Of a stretch of DNA of 44,678 nt, positions 8,773 through 17,438 are shown in pieces. The notes beneath the pieces were generated by a model, which worked only from the letters and a program-made list of their open reading frames with translations, did not search any database and was not told the origin of the DNA. The stretch covers positions 1 to 44,678 of the forward strand of contig CAYYUI010000040.1 of the NCBI GenBank assembly GCA_964474705.1, given 5' to 3'. The position numbers and the translations under genes were made by a program. Source of the stretch: an uncultured bacterium (GTDB lineage: Bacteria; Muiribacteriota; Ozemobacteria; Ozemobacterales; Ozemobacteraceae). Each line of letters begins with the position of its first letter. Within the stretch, counting starts at the first letter, position 1.

Positions 8773-10395
8773 TCAGAACAGAAAATCAGTGGTTAGAAAG
8801 CTTGAGAGGTCGTCTTTAAGAATTCTGGTGATCAACTGTTTGTTGTCATCGCTGTCTTTGGCGGCGACCAGGGTTCTTATCGAGAAAACCCGCAGAGCAT
8901 CAGAGACTGAAAGGGTGCCTTCTGCTGAATCCTTGCGGCCGGTGAACGGGAAGGTGTCGGGGCCGCGCTGGCACTGGCTGTTGATGTTAACACGACAGAC
9001 CTGATTAACCAGCGGGTCGATCAGTGAGGCCATCTGTTTCGCATCTTTCCCGAAAAGGCTTACCTGCTGACCATAGTCTGACTCGACGACGTAATTTATT
9101 GCATCTTCAATCTTATCGTAAGCCACAACTGGCACAATCGGCCCGAACTGTTCTTCGCGATACAGCTTCATTTTATCGTTAACCGGGTAGACAACCGCGG
9201 GAAAGAAGAGAGAGCCCGAAAAAGCCCCGCCCGAAGGATTAAGGATTCTGGCACCGTTTGTTTGCGCGTCTTTGATGAGATCAGTTAGGCGCTCTGATTT
9301 GCCGGGTTCTGCAAGCGGAGTGATCTGAGCGCCTTTTTCCCAGGGAAGATTGACCTGAAGCTTTTCTACTTCGGCGCAAAACTTAGCCAGGAAAGTTTCG
9401 GCTATAGAAGAATGGACAAAGATAATTTTCAGCGCGGTGCAACGCTGGCCATTGAATGACAGGCTTCCGAGAATGCATTCTTTGACCGCCAGATCGATAT
9501 CGGCATCGGGAAGAATAATACATGGGTTTTTAGCGTCCAGACCGAGTACGCAGCGCAGGCGGTGCGGTTTAGGGTGTGACCTGCGGATGATGTCTGAAAC
9601 ACGGCTGGTGCCGATAAAAGCCAGAACATCAACTTTTCCGGAGGTCATCATCGGCGTGATCACGGTCTGTCCGTCCCCATATACCGTATTGATGACCCCT
9701 TTCGGAAATGAATCACGAAAAGCTTCAAGCAGCGGCTGAAAAAGCAGGACGCCAAGTTTAGGTGGCTTGAAAACGACGGTGTTGCCCATGATCAGAGCTG
9801 GAATCAGCGTCGTAAAAGTTTCGTTGAGCGGGTAATTGAACGGGCCCATGCAAAGAACGACGCCGAGCGGTGCCCGTCTGATCTGACCGATAATTTTCTG
9901 CTGAATGGTAAAACGCGATGAAGTGCGGTCGAGTTCCTTCAGGGCTTCGATTGTATCGCGGATATAATCGATGGTGCGGTCGAATTCCTTCTGGGCATCG
10001 GCGAGGTTTTTGCAGATTTCCCACATCAGCAGGTTAACGACGCGGTCACGGCAGGCAAGCATGCGCTCTACAAAACTCTGAACGTGGCTGATGCGTTCTC
10101 CAACCGGCATGGTAGGCCATTTTCCCCGGCCGTTGTCGTAAGCCGCCGATGCCGCATTCAAAGCTTCTATGGCAGCATGATCTGACATGCTTGGCACGCA
10201 GCCAAGTTTTACCTGTTCTGGAGAGTTGTCTTTCCTGATTCTGACCGGGGAACTGATTTCCTGCATCTGGCCCTGCCATTGCCGTATTTCTCCATCGATC
10301 AGGTAATCGCGCTGCTCGATCCATGGGGCTTTGAATTCAGCTGGAATATTGGTTTCCTGTGGCGCAAGGGCTGCAAGCATTTCGCCTGTTATCAT
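8773..10395 (-). CDS. NAD(P)-dependent aldehyde dehydrogenase, GapN-like (non-phosphorylating GAPDH family)
   Basis: ALDH motifs FTGS-like, catalytic Cys in QRCTAL, and a C-terminus similar to GapN (QRGPDTFPFTG); GGAGG RBS before the ATG at 10395. Confidence 0.85.
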   Translation of the reverse strand: MITGEMLAALAPQETNIPAEFKAPWIEQRDYLIDGEIRQWQGQMQEISSPVRIRKDNSPEQVKLGCVPSMSDHAAIEALNAASAAYDNGRGKWPTMPVGERISHVQSFVERMLACRDRVVNLLMWEICKNLADAQKEFDRTIDYIRDTIEALKELDRTSSRFTIQQKIIGQIRRAPLGVVLCMGPFNYPLNETFTTLIPALIMGNTVVFKPPKLGVLLFQPLLEAFRDSFPKGVINTVYGDGQTVITPMMTSGKVDVLAFIGTSRVSDIIRRSHPKPHRLRCVLGLDAKNPCIILPDADIDLAVKECILGSLSFNGQRCTALKIIFVHSSIAETFLAKFCAEVEKLQVNLPWEKGAQITPLAEPGKSERLTDLIKDAQTNGARILNPSGGAFSGSLFFPAVVYPVNDKMKLYREEQFGPIVPVVAYDKIEDAINYVVESDYGQQVSLFGKDAKQMASLIDPLVNQVCRVNINSQCQRGPDTFPFTGRKDSAEGTLSVSDALRVFSIRTLVAAKDSDDNKQLITRILKDDLSSFLTTDFLF

Positions 10396-10633
10396 CGGGT
10401 TCCTCCGTTTGGTCAGCAACAGCTGCAGAAATTTAAGGTGTCTGAATTTACTCAGTAATTTTACATGATCGGCATGCTGGTAGCATTATTTTTTATGCAG
10501 CTCAGGGGCAAGAGTCTGGCCTTTTCTGAATATTTAAGCGCCCAAAGAGAGTTTATTGTACTTGAGAATAAAACCGGCCCGTTCAGATTTCTGACCGTGC
10601 CGGACGTTGATTCTGGCGTTTGCGGTGAATGCT

Positions 10634-10739
10634 CAGGGCCCCCAGTAAGTAACGCTGTAATTGTTCAGGATTTCTTTGAGTTTTCCGCTGGCGCGCCATT
10701 CTTCGATGCTCTTATCGTAACGGCGGCAAATATTGATCA
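10634..10739 (-). CDS. possible 35-aa small protein (MINICRRYDKSIEEWRASGKL...)
   Basis: Strong GAGAGGAG RBS 5 nt before the ATG; no homology recognised; downstream of the ankyrin gene. Confidence 0.2.
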
Positions 10740-10853
10740 TCGTATACTCCTCTCTAATTTCTTTTTGAAAAGACTTCAGCGTGTCTGGTAAAGATTTCGA
10801 TTCGTTAAATCTGCTCAGAAATCAAGAGATTCGACTTTTGCTTCAGCTCTTAT

Positions 10854-11933
10854 TCAAGACTTAACCGATTTGCAGAGAGGGCATTTGTTAGCGTCCGGCA
10901 TGCAGGCGGGGCAGATGTGTTCATGGTGAATGCAGCGGGGAAATGTGTTAACCGCTGTAGTCAGGTCGAATGTTTTTCTGCAAAGCGGGCATTGAAAAGT
11001 CTTTTTGCTTTTGCCGATGTTTTCACGGCGGTGCGCCCAGCGCCAGATGGTGTGCAAACCAGCTTCTGCCTTGTCGCGATTAAGTCCTGAGGCGGTCATG
11101 CAGGGTTTGCAGATCTTGTGCTCCTGGTCTGATGATCTGCCGTAGATCCCGCCGGCACAGGAAGAGCAGGTTGGGCGGCCACACCAGGAGCAGTGCCAGT
11201 CTATATCGCCAAAATCACTCATTCCGAGCCGATACGATCCGGAAAAGAAGGTTTGCCCGCAGATATGGCACGGCCCTGGCATACGTTGCCCATCAGCTCC
11301 GTGTTTCAGCAGAAGGTCGGTCAGTGTCTGGTTGTTTTTCTGGTGCGCGGCAAGAAGCGGGGTATCACCGTCTTTGCCCATGGCATTAACATTGGCGCCG
11401 CCGTTGAGCAGAACTTCAGCCAACTCCAGATTGTTCCAGTGAACCACCAGCGTGAGTGGCGTGGTGAAGTTCTCATATGACTGATATTCTGTAGAAAGTT
11501 TATTCTGGATGAGAAAATTAACCAAAGCAGGATTCTTACCCCATATAGCTCTGCCGATGAGGTAACCCTCATGCTCCTCGAGGGTTTCTGTCAGTTTTGC
11601 TCCGTGTTTCATCAGGAGTTTCAGTCCCTCCAGATTTCCTTTTTCACAGCAGATGTTCACGGCAGTTCGCCCCTGTCTGGTTCTTGCATCAGGCTTCACG
11701 CCATTTTTGAGCAGCAGACGGATAAGATTGTTGTTCGCGCCCATCGCTGCGTAGATAAGCGCATTGCCACCATCTACCGTAACCCGGAAGATATCTGCAC
11801 CGTCGCGATACAGCTCCATCGCGGTTTCTTCTTTTCCCCGCTGCAGGGCTTCGAAAAATTCAGAAATGCCGGCAGCATCGACCGGCTCGGCTCCAAGCAG
11901 ACGCTTAATTCCAGATTTGATCAGTCGTATCAT
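10854..11933 (-). CDS. ankyrin-repeat protein with C-terminal Cys-rich zinc fingers including a C3HC4 RING finger
   Basis: At least five ANK repeats (GxTPLhhAA / LLKHGA motifs); C-terminus CPLC-x14-CIHH-x3-CPAC-x6-CPLC fits RING spacing; a preceding Cys/His B-box-like module. Confidence 0.8.
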   Translation of the reverse strand: MIRLIKSGIKRLLGAEPVDAAGISEFFEALQRGKEETAMELYRDGADIFRVTVDGGNALIYAAMGANNNLIRLLLKNGVKPDARTRQGRTAVNICCEKGNLEGLKLLMKHGAKLTETLEEHEGYLIGRAIWGKNPALVNFLIQNKLSTEYQSYENFTTPLTLVVHWNNLELAEVLLNGGANVNAMGKDGDTPLLAAHQKNNQTLTDLLLKHGADGQRMPGPCHICGQTFFSGSYRLGMSDFGDIDWHCSWCGRPTCSSCAGGIYGRSSDQEHKICKPCMTASGLNRDKAEAGLHTIWRWAHRRENIGKSKKTFQCPLCRKTFDLTTAVNTFPRCIHHEHICPACMPDANKCPLCKSVKS

Positions 11934-12132
11934 GGCCTGTTTTCCGGTTGGTCATATTAATCTCAACGCAAAAAGACTAGCACCGGGTCAGAAAAAAGAC
12001 AATATCGCGACAAGACCATGCTGCGGTGAAAATTTGCAGCGTCAACGACTTTAGATTATATTGGTGTTAGCTTTTTTAAAGATTGGTTTGTATTCAAGCC
12101 TGACTGGCAGGTCTTGCAACCGGAGGAAGTTC

Positions 12133-12366
12133 ATGAAAACAATAGATCTGAATCTTTCGGATTATACCCTGGCGCAAAAGCTGCAACTGTTGGAAACCCT
12201 GTGGGATGACATTGCCAGAGAGGGCAGTTTCGATTCGCCAGAATGGCACGGCGCTGTTTTAAAAGACCGTCAGAAGGCCTATGATGCAAACAAACTGACA
12301 TCCTCAGATTGGCAACAGGCCAAGAAGCGTATCAAAAAAATCTCGCATGCGAGTAGAAATCCTTAA
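12133..12366 (+). CDS. putative addiction-module antitoxin component (RelB/Phd-like family)
   Basis: MKTIDLNLSDYTLAQKLQLLETLWDDIA is typical of the TIGR02574-type small antitoxin; GGAGGAAG RBS. Confidence 0.55.
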   Translation: MKTIDLNLSDYTLAQKLQLLETLWDDIAREGSFDSPEWHGAVLKDRQKAYDANKLTSSDWQQAKKRIKKISHASRNP

Positions 12367-12499
12367 TACCGCAGAAAGCGACCTTGAGGAAGGCTTGAAA
12401 GCGTTGATACCAGTTTACGGATTAACAACAAGCTCATGGAAAGCGCGTAAGCGTGAATTTAAACGCCTCTTGAAAAAGCTCGCTTCTGCCTTCCCCTGA
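12347..12499 (+). pseudogene. truncated RelE/ParE-like toxin remnant (50 aa)
   Basis: Overlaps the antitoxin 3' end in the usual TA arrangement; only the N-terminal part (MRVEILNTAESDLEEGLKAL) resembles ParE/RelE; about half the normal length. Confidence 0.3.
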
Positions 12500-12513
12500 C
12501 TTAAAGAAATTAT

Positions 12514-15375
12514 TCACGCAGTGAGTCGCTGGTATAAATCAAACAAGAAGGCGACGCGGTCGGCTTCGGTTTTGAATGTGGTTTTGCCGTAGGCGGCATC
12601 CACTGCTTTGTCGAGATTCTGATGTGCCTTTACCAGTTCAGGGGGCATTGATCTAGGATCGTAGAGGTCAGCAAGAGAACTGTCTGGGTATTTGGTGCGG
12701 GCATCTAATACTTGCTGGGCCGCCAATTCAACTGCTTTCTGTTGTTTTTTGTCTGGGTTTAAAGGCCACGGGAATGTATTGTAGGTCAGCTTGGCCGAAT
12801 ATTGATAGTCGCTTTTCAATCTACCAGAAGTTGTGCGCATCCATGCCATGTGCATTGTGCTGGTAATTATGCCAAAATCATAAAGACTTGCACCGGGAAT
12901 GGTTTGCAACTTGTCGCCTGCAATGTGGGTATGTGGCAGATAGCCGATTGGGATGTAATTTCGGTTTTCTGATGAAACCCTTGGCAATGCGAGATAGTAG
13001 CCTGATTGAGGTTGTCTGATTTCAGCAAACAATGCTGGTTTATTAGAATCTCTTTGCGTGGCTTCTTTAGTGCTCGCACTTCTCATGGCTTTGACAGCTT
13101 CAACACGCTTCATCACATGATGCATTTCTCTTAACTTGTTTGGCGAGCAACCTACGAGCCAAAGGCAAAATCGTGGAATGTTGTTGATGAATTCATCACC
13201 CATTGAAAAAGGTCTTACAAGCTCTTCAGCGGCGGGTTCAATTTTTAATAACTCATTTTTTTCGTCTTCTGATAGCAAAAGATTGCCGCCATCGGTAGGC
13301 TTGTTGCCGTTTACCATTGCTGGAACTTTGCATAATGCCTGCGACCGTGCCAGAACAACAGCGTTGGGTGCATCGAGCAGGTATGGGTTAATGTTCTTTG
13401 CGATTGTGCTGTGTGGTTCGCCTTTAATGTCGTCATAGACAAATAGGGTCTTTTCTGGGGTTTCGGCCAGACCGAAGCCGATAATAACAACATGCACGGC
13501 CGCCTTTCCGCGTGCTTCGCTGCTCCAGCTGAATGTTCGGTGGGCAAAATAAATTTTCAGTCCTGCTTTTATAAGTGGCGGCCATAATATAGAGACCTGT
13601 TCACCCTGGGTGATGCTGTTTGTCGAGACGAATGCGACGCGTGTGTTTTTGTTTTTTACCAGGTAATCTGTGGCCAGATAATACCAGGCAGCGACAAAAT
13701 CAAGGCTTCTGTATAACTTCACTGGTTCGAGGCTGGCAGCAGCGTTGAATACCTTGTGTAAGTCGGTGTCCTGCTGGTCGGAACGGTAATTTTTGCCGAT
13801 GAACGGCGGATTTCCCATGATGTAGTCAAAACTTACCCGTTCTGATTCGGCTGGGGCCTGGCCTTTGTGCACTTTAAACGACTTTGTTTGAACATTGATA
13901 GTATTGTAAGTTTGCTTTGGATCATTTACCAGATAGATATTTGTATGTTGAGCTGTTGCATCAATGGTGCTGATGGGAATGAGAAGTTCTTGCCAGTCGA
14001 TCTGCAGGGCGTTGGCGCATACGATGGTGCCGCCGCCGCGCAATGGAATACGTGCAAAATAAAGGCCGAACTCTTCAGAAACCTGCATGTTCATCTGGTG
14101 GTCAACCAGCCACAGTGCAACCTGGGCAATCTGAGCCGGGAATTCTTCAATTTCGATGCCGTAGAACTGGTCAACATCAAGCTTTATCAGTGTCTGCACG
14201 TCCAGAATCTGTTGCTGTTTGTCATACATGGCGCGAAGAATTTCTAGTTCCAGCAGGCGCAATTCACGGTAGGCAATGACCAGAAAGTTGCCACAACCGC
14301 AAGCCGGGTCGAGAAATTTCAACGAGCGCAGCTTTTGATGAAACTCAGCCAGCTTGTTTTTATTACCCTTAAATTTGGTGAATTCTTCCCAGAGAACATC
14401 GAGAAACAGCGGCTTGATCAGCTTCAAAATGTTCCTTTCACTGGTATAGTGGGCACCAAGATTTCGTCTGGCGGTTTTATCCATGATTGACTGAAACAAC
14501 GAACCGAAGATAGCCGGTGAAATACGGCTCCAGTCGAGAGCGCAACAGTCGAGCAGAGTCTGGCGCATTTTGCTGTCAAAACTGGCGTTCGGCAGGATTT
14601 CCTCAAACAGCTTACCATTAACGTATGGAAAGGCGGCCAGCTGTTCATCGAGATTTCTGAGACGCCTGCTTTCTGGCGTGTTCAAAACCTGAAAAAGTGC
14701 GGCAATATGGTAAGCCAGATCTGAGCCGTCTTCATTCGTGCGTTCTTCAACATAGTTCTGAAAGGTCTGGCGCTCAAAAATGCCGGTGTCTTCGGCAAAT
14801 AGACAGAAAAGAAGGCGCACCAGATACAGCTCAAGCTGATGACCGTCGTAGCCGATTTCCTTGAGCTGGTCATGCAATCTCCCCATGTTTTCGGCGGCCC
14901 TGATATTAACCGGGTCTTCTTCGCGGATCTTGTGTTTCTGGTATCCGGCCACAAAGCCGAAAAGCCTGATGTTTTTGTGCAGGTCTCTGAGGTCGAAGTC
15001 GTGCTGCTCGTTTTCTTCCAGGTCATAGAGGCGGAACCTGGCAAAGTCAGAAACCAGAATGTATTTGGGCAGCTCGCGCTCCAGTATGCCGGGGAAATAA
15101 TCGAGAGCTTGAGTGTAGGCTCGATCAAGGTTTTTGCCGCGCGATTTGTGCTCGACCAGCAGAATTCCTTTCCAGAACAGGTCAATGAACCCTTGCTTTT
15201 CTCCGAGTTTCTTTACTGGTTCTTCAAATGACGCAACCCGCTTGCGGGTAATACCAAAGATATTGAAGAAGCCATCCCAGAATGATTTGGCTTCGGCATC
15301 TTCTGATGTTTCGGTTTCCCACTCTTTTGAAAAGGCTATGGCGCGGCTTTTTATCTCGTTCCAGCTCAAAGGCAT
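12514..15375 (-). CDS. MmeI-family Type IIL restriction-modification enzyme (fused endonuclease, N6-adenine methyltransferase and target-recognition domain)
   Basis: N-terminus MPLSWNEIKSRAIAFSKEWE; DLFW..EHKSRG nuclease motif; SAM motif I FLDPACGCGNFL; motif IV GNPPF; C-terminus LKAHQNLDKAVD..AFLFDLYQRLT, all characteristic of MmeI-like enzymes. Confidence 0.85.
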   Translation of the reverse strand: MPLSWNEIKSRAIAFSKEWETETSEDAEAKSFWDGFFNIFGITRKRVASFEEPVKKLGEKQGFIDLFWKGILLVEHKSRGKNLDRAYTQALDYFPGILERELPKYILVSDFARFRLYDLEENEQHDFDLRDLHKNIRLFGFVAGYQKHKIREEDPVNIRAAENMGRLHDQLKEIGYDGHQLELYLVRLLFCLFAEDTGIFERQTFQNYVEERTNEDGSDLAYHIAALFQVLNTPESRRLRNLDEQLAAFPYVNGKLFEEILPNASFDSKMRQTLLDCCALDWSRISPAIFGSLFQSIMDKTARRNLGAHYTSERNILKLIKPLFLDVLWEEFTKFKGNKNKLAEFHQKLRSLKFLDPACGCGNFLVIAYRELRLLELEILRAMYDKQQQILDVQTLIKLDVDQFYGIEIEEFPAQIAQVALWLVDHQMNMQVSEEFGLYFARIPLRGGGTIVCANALQIDWQELLIPISTIDATAQHTNIYLVNDPKQTYNTINVQTKSFKVHKGQAPAESERVSFDYIMGNPPFIGKNYRSDQQDTDLHKVFNAAASLEPVKLYRSLDFVAAWYYLATDYLVKNKNTRVAFVSTNSITQGEQVSILWPPLIKAGLKIYFAHRTFSWSSEARGKAAVHVVIIGFGLAETPEKTLFVYDDIKGEPHSTIAKNINPYLLDAPNAVVLARSQALCKVPAMVNGNKPTDGGNLLLSEDEKNELLKIEPAAEELVRPFSMGDEFINNIPRFCLWLVGCSPNKLREMHHVMKRVEAVKAMRSASTKEATQRDSNKPALFAEIRQPQSGYYLALPRVSSENRNYIPIGYLPHTHIAGDKLQTIPGASLYDFGIITSTMHMAWMRTTSGRLKSDYQYSAKLTYNTFPWPLNPDKKQQKAVELAAQQVLDARTKYPDSSLADLYDPRSMPPELVKAHQNLDKAVDAAYGKTTFKTEADRVAFLFDLYQRLTA

Positions 15376-15745
15376 GATTGTTACTCTCTGTTCAGGTTGA
15401 TTTTTGTTATGACTCAGGCTTTCGTCCGGCAAAGTCCATTAAATCACAATCAGATCTATCATGCAATTTTTGCTCAGATCGAACAACTCTACGAGTGAAG
15501 CATGGTCGATTCGCCTGATTTGGAAGCTTATAGTGGCCGCCTGGTAAAGGTTAAAAAGCGGCAGCAAAGTCTTCCTGATATAAATTCTGCGAACCATTGT
15601 TTGCTCAAATTAGGAACGCATTGCATACCATTTTGAAGACGGCTTGCTGTTTTAATTCACTGAATCTCGGCCTTTCCAGTTTGCTTCTTTCAAAGATTGT
15701 CGTCGGGTGGTTGAATTGTAATATTGCAGGTGATATCATAAATAT

Positions 15746-15991
15746 ATGGGAACATTTGAAAAACTCCTGGAAAAAATGCGCAGTAATCCTCGTGGAGATT
15801 GGACTATGGAAAATCTTCTGACGATTGCCAGGCGGATGAACATTGAGGTTCGCAACAGTGACGGCAGTCACCATGTTTTTTCTTTTCCAGGGCTGGATGA
15901 GGATGTAACGGTACCGTATAAGCGGCCGATCAAACCGGTTTATATCAAAAAGTTTCTTGCGCTGGTTGATGCGGTTAAGGAGGTTGTATGA
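15746..15991 (+). CDS. hicA: HicA-family mRNA interferase toxin
   Basis: GSHHVF ... VTVPYKRPIKPVYIKKFL motif of HicA/YcfA; ATGA overlap with the downstream gene. Confidence 0.7.
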   Translation: MGTFEKLLEKMRSNPRGDWTMENLLTIARRMNIEVRNSDGSHHVFSFPGLDEDVTVPYKRPIKPVYIKKFLALVDAVKEVV

Positions 15992-16380
15992 AGAAGGTTG
16001 CAAAAGTTAAGCCGCCCTTTGCTTTTGATGAATACACAAGGGTTCTGAGCCGTATTGCGGAAGATGACGGCGGCGGGTTTCTGATTACTTTTCCGGATCT
16101 GCCGGGCTGCATGTCTGATGGAACCACTGAGGAAGAGGCCCTCGAGAATGGAAGAGATGCTTTTGTTTCGTGGGTTTCAGCGCGGATGGATCAGGGAAAG
16201 AATATTCCGGAACCAAAAGCGAAGCCGATGGACTATGTTGCGGCAGATGTTTCCGGACGATTTCTGGCGCGGATGCCGAAGTATATTCATGCTCGTCTGG
16301 TTAAGAGGGCAGAACGTGAGGGTGTGAGCGTGAATGCCCTGGTTCTGTCTTTTATCGCTTCCGGGCTTGGGCAGAGCTGA
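15988..16380 (+). CDS. hicB: HicB-family antitoxin (RNase-H-like fold N-domain plus RHH DNA-binding C-domain)
   Basis: LITFPDLPGCMSDGTTEEEALENGRDA is HicB/UPF0150-like; the C-terminus is a ribbon-helix-helix. Confidence 0.75.
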   Translation: MKKVAKVKPPFAFDEYTRVLSRIAEDDGGGFLITFPDLPGCMSDGTTEEEALENGRDAFVSWVSARMDQGKNIPEPKAKPMDYVAADVSGRFLARMPKYIHARLVKRAEREGVSVNALVLSFIASGLGQS

Positions 16381-16434
16381 AACTCTCATTAACCAATAAT
16401 TTCCGGCACGCTACGTAGCGCGGCGCAAAAGATT

Positions 16435-16719
16435 TCAGGCAACCTTGCTTAGAGTCAGGTTGAATCCTGATCTCATGGCCAGAATAATAAGCATTTCCAG
16501 ACTGAATTTTTCCCATTTTCCACGAACCAGATCAGAAATTCTCGACTGGCTAACCTGCAGAATTTCGGCAGCTTCAGCCTGAGTAAGACCCTGATCACTG
16601 ATCCACTTTCTTACCTCTGCCATCAAATCAGCCCGCATTCTAAGAATTGCAGCATCTTCACTCGAATAGCCGAGGTCGAGAAAAACATTTCCAGATGATT
16701 CATGAATTTCGTTTTTCAT
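16435..16719 (-). CDS. higA: HigA-like XRE-family HTH antitoxin
   Basis: HTH LTQAEAAEILQVSQSRISDLVRG; its ATG overlaps the TAA stop of the upstream toxin reading frame by 1 nt. Confidence 0.75.
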   Translation of the reverse strand: MKNEIHESSGNVFLDLGYSSEDAAILRMRADLMAEVRKWISDQGLTQAEAAEILQVSQSRISDLVRGKWEKFSLEMLIILAMRSGFNLTLSKVA

Positions 16720-17041
16720 TATTTTACCCCAATGAGAGCCAGTCTTTTGCGAGCAATTTCGATATCCTGCAGAGAGGTTTTCTGTGTTTTTTTCTGAAAA
16801 GCGTGCAAAACATAAACAGCATCCAAAACTTTGGCTACGTAGATAACCCGCCATTCCCCAAGGATATGAATCCGGATTTCATTTACTCCAGAACCGATTG
16901 TCTTCAGGGTTTCCAGTCGCCTGGCTCAAACCCATTTTGAATAGCTCGAAGCTCGAAACCGGCAGCACGCCGCGCTTCCTCCGGGAAATCGCGCAATTCA
17001 TTCAGACTCGGCCCAACAAATCTTAATGGCTTGGTAGTCAC
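16719..17041 (-). pseudogene. higB: HigB/Gp49-like (RelE/ParE superfamily, COG4679-type) toxin, disrupted by a frameshift
   Basis: Two adjacent frames give KPLRFVGPSLNELRDFPEEARRAAGFELRAIQNGFEPGDWKP and LKTIGSGVNEIRIHILGEWRVIYVA..VYVLHAFQKKTQKT, which join if one C is added to the CCC run (plus-strand GGG at 16907-16909); putative GTG start at 17041. Confidence 0.6.
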
Positions 17042-17046
17042 AATAC

Positions 17047-17076
17047 AATTATATATGTTTTTATATAATTCTCAAG
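17047..17076 (-). promoter_or_regulatory. promoter (TTGAGA-16-TATAAT) with a perfect 9 bp inverted-repeat operator AATTATATA-N6-TATATAATT for the higBA locus
   Basis: Palindrome arms at 17047-17055 and 17062-17070 overlap the -10 element; typical TA autoregulation site. Confidence 0.4.
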
Positions 17077-17227
17077 CAAAAATTTGCTTCATCCGAATCC
17101 TGCATACTTTTATAACGAAAGGACTTGAAAAGCGTGGACATGAGTTTCAAGGCAGATAGATGCCACTCAAATCTGCCTGGAGGAAACCATGTTCATACTG
17201 TGCCGGCGTGGCAGACTGGTAGCAGGT

Positions 17228-17425
17228 TCAGTAATGCGGCGGTTTTTCGTCGTGGGGGCGGTCTTCGTCGATTGGGGAAGGGGTGGTTTTGGGCTGCAGG
17301 CGGGTGATTTCTTTGTAGCAGCGGTCGAGCTGTTTCTGCTGGTCGACGATGACTTCGTTGAGTTCTTCGACGAATTTTTCGAGGTAGACGAGGCGTTTTT
17401 CGATTTCGATGAAACGGTTTTCCAT
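17228..17425 (-). CDS. slyX: SlyX family protein
   Basis: Coiled-coil 65-aa protein ending in PPHY, as in SlyX. Confidence 0.8.
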   Translation of the reverse strand: MENRFIEIEKRLVYLEKFVEELNEVIVDQQKQLDRCYKEITRLQPKTTPSPIDEDRPHDEKPPHY

Positions 17426-17438
17426 GGTTTTTCTGCTT

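Noticed and set aside
10465-10791. 108-aa plus-strand ORF in the GapN / ankyrin intergenic region
   Set aside because: No RBS and poor coding character. The only plausible coding signal here is the short minus-strand ORF at 10634-10739, kept at low confidence.
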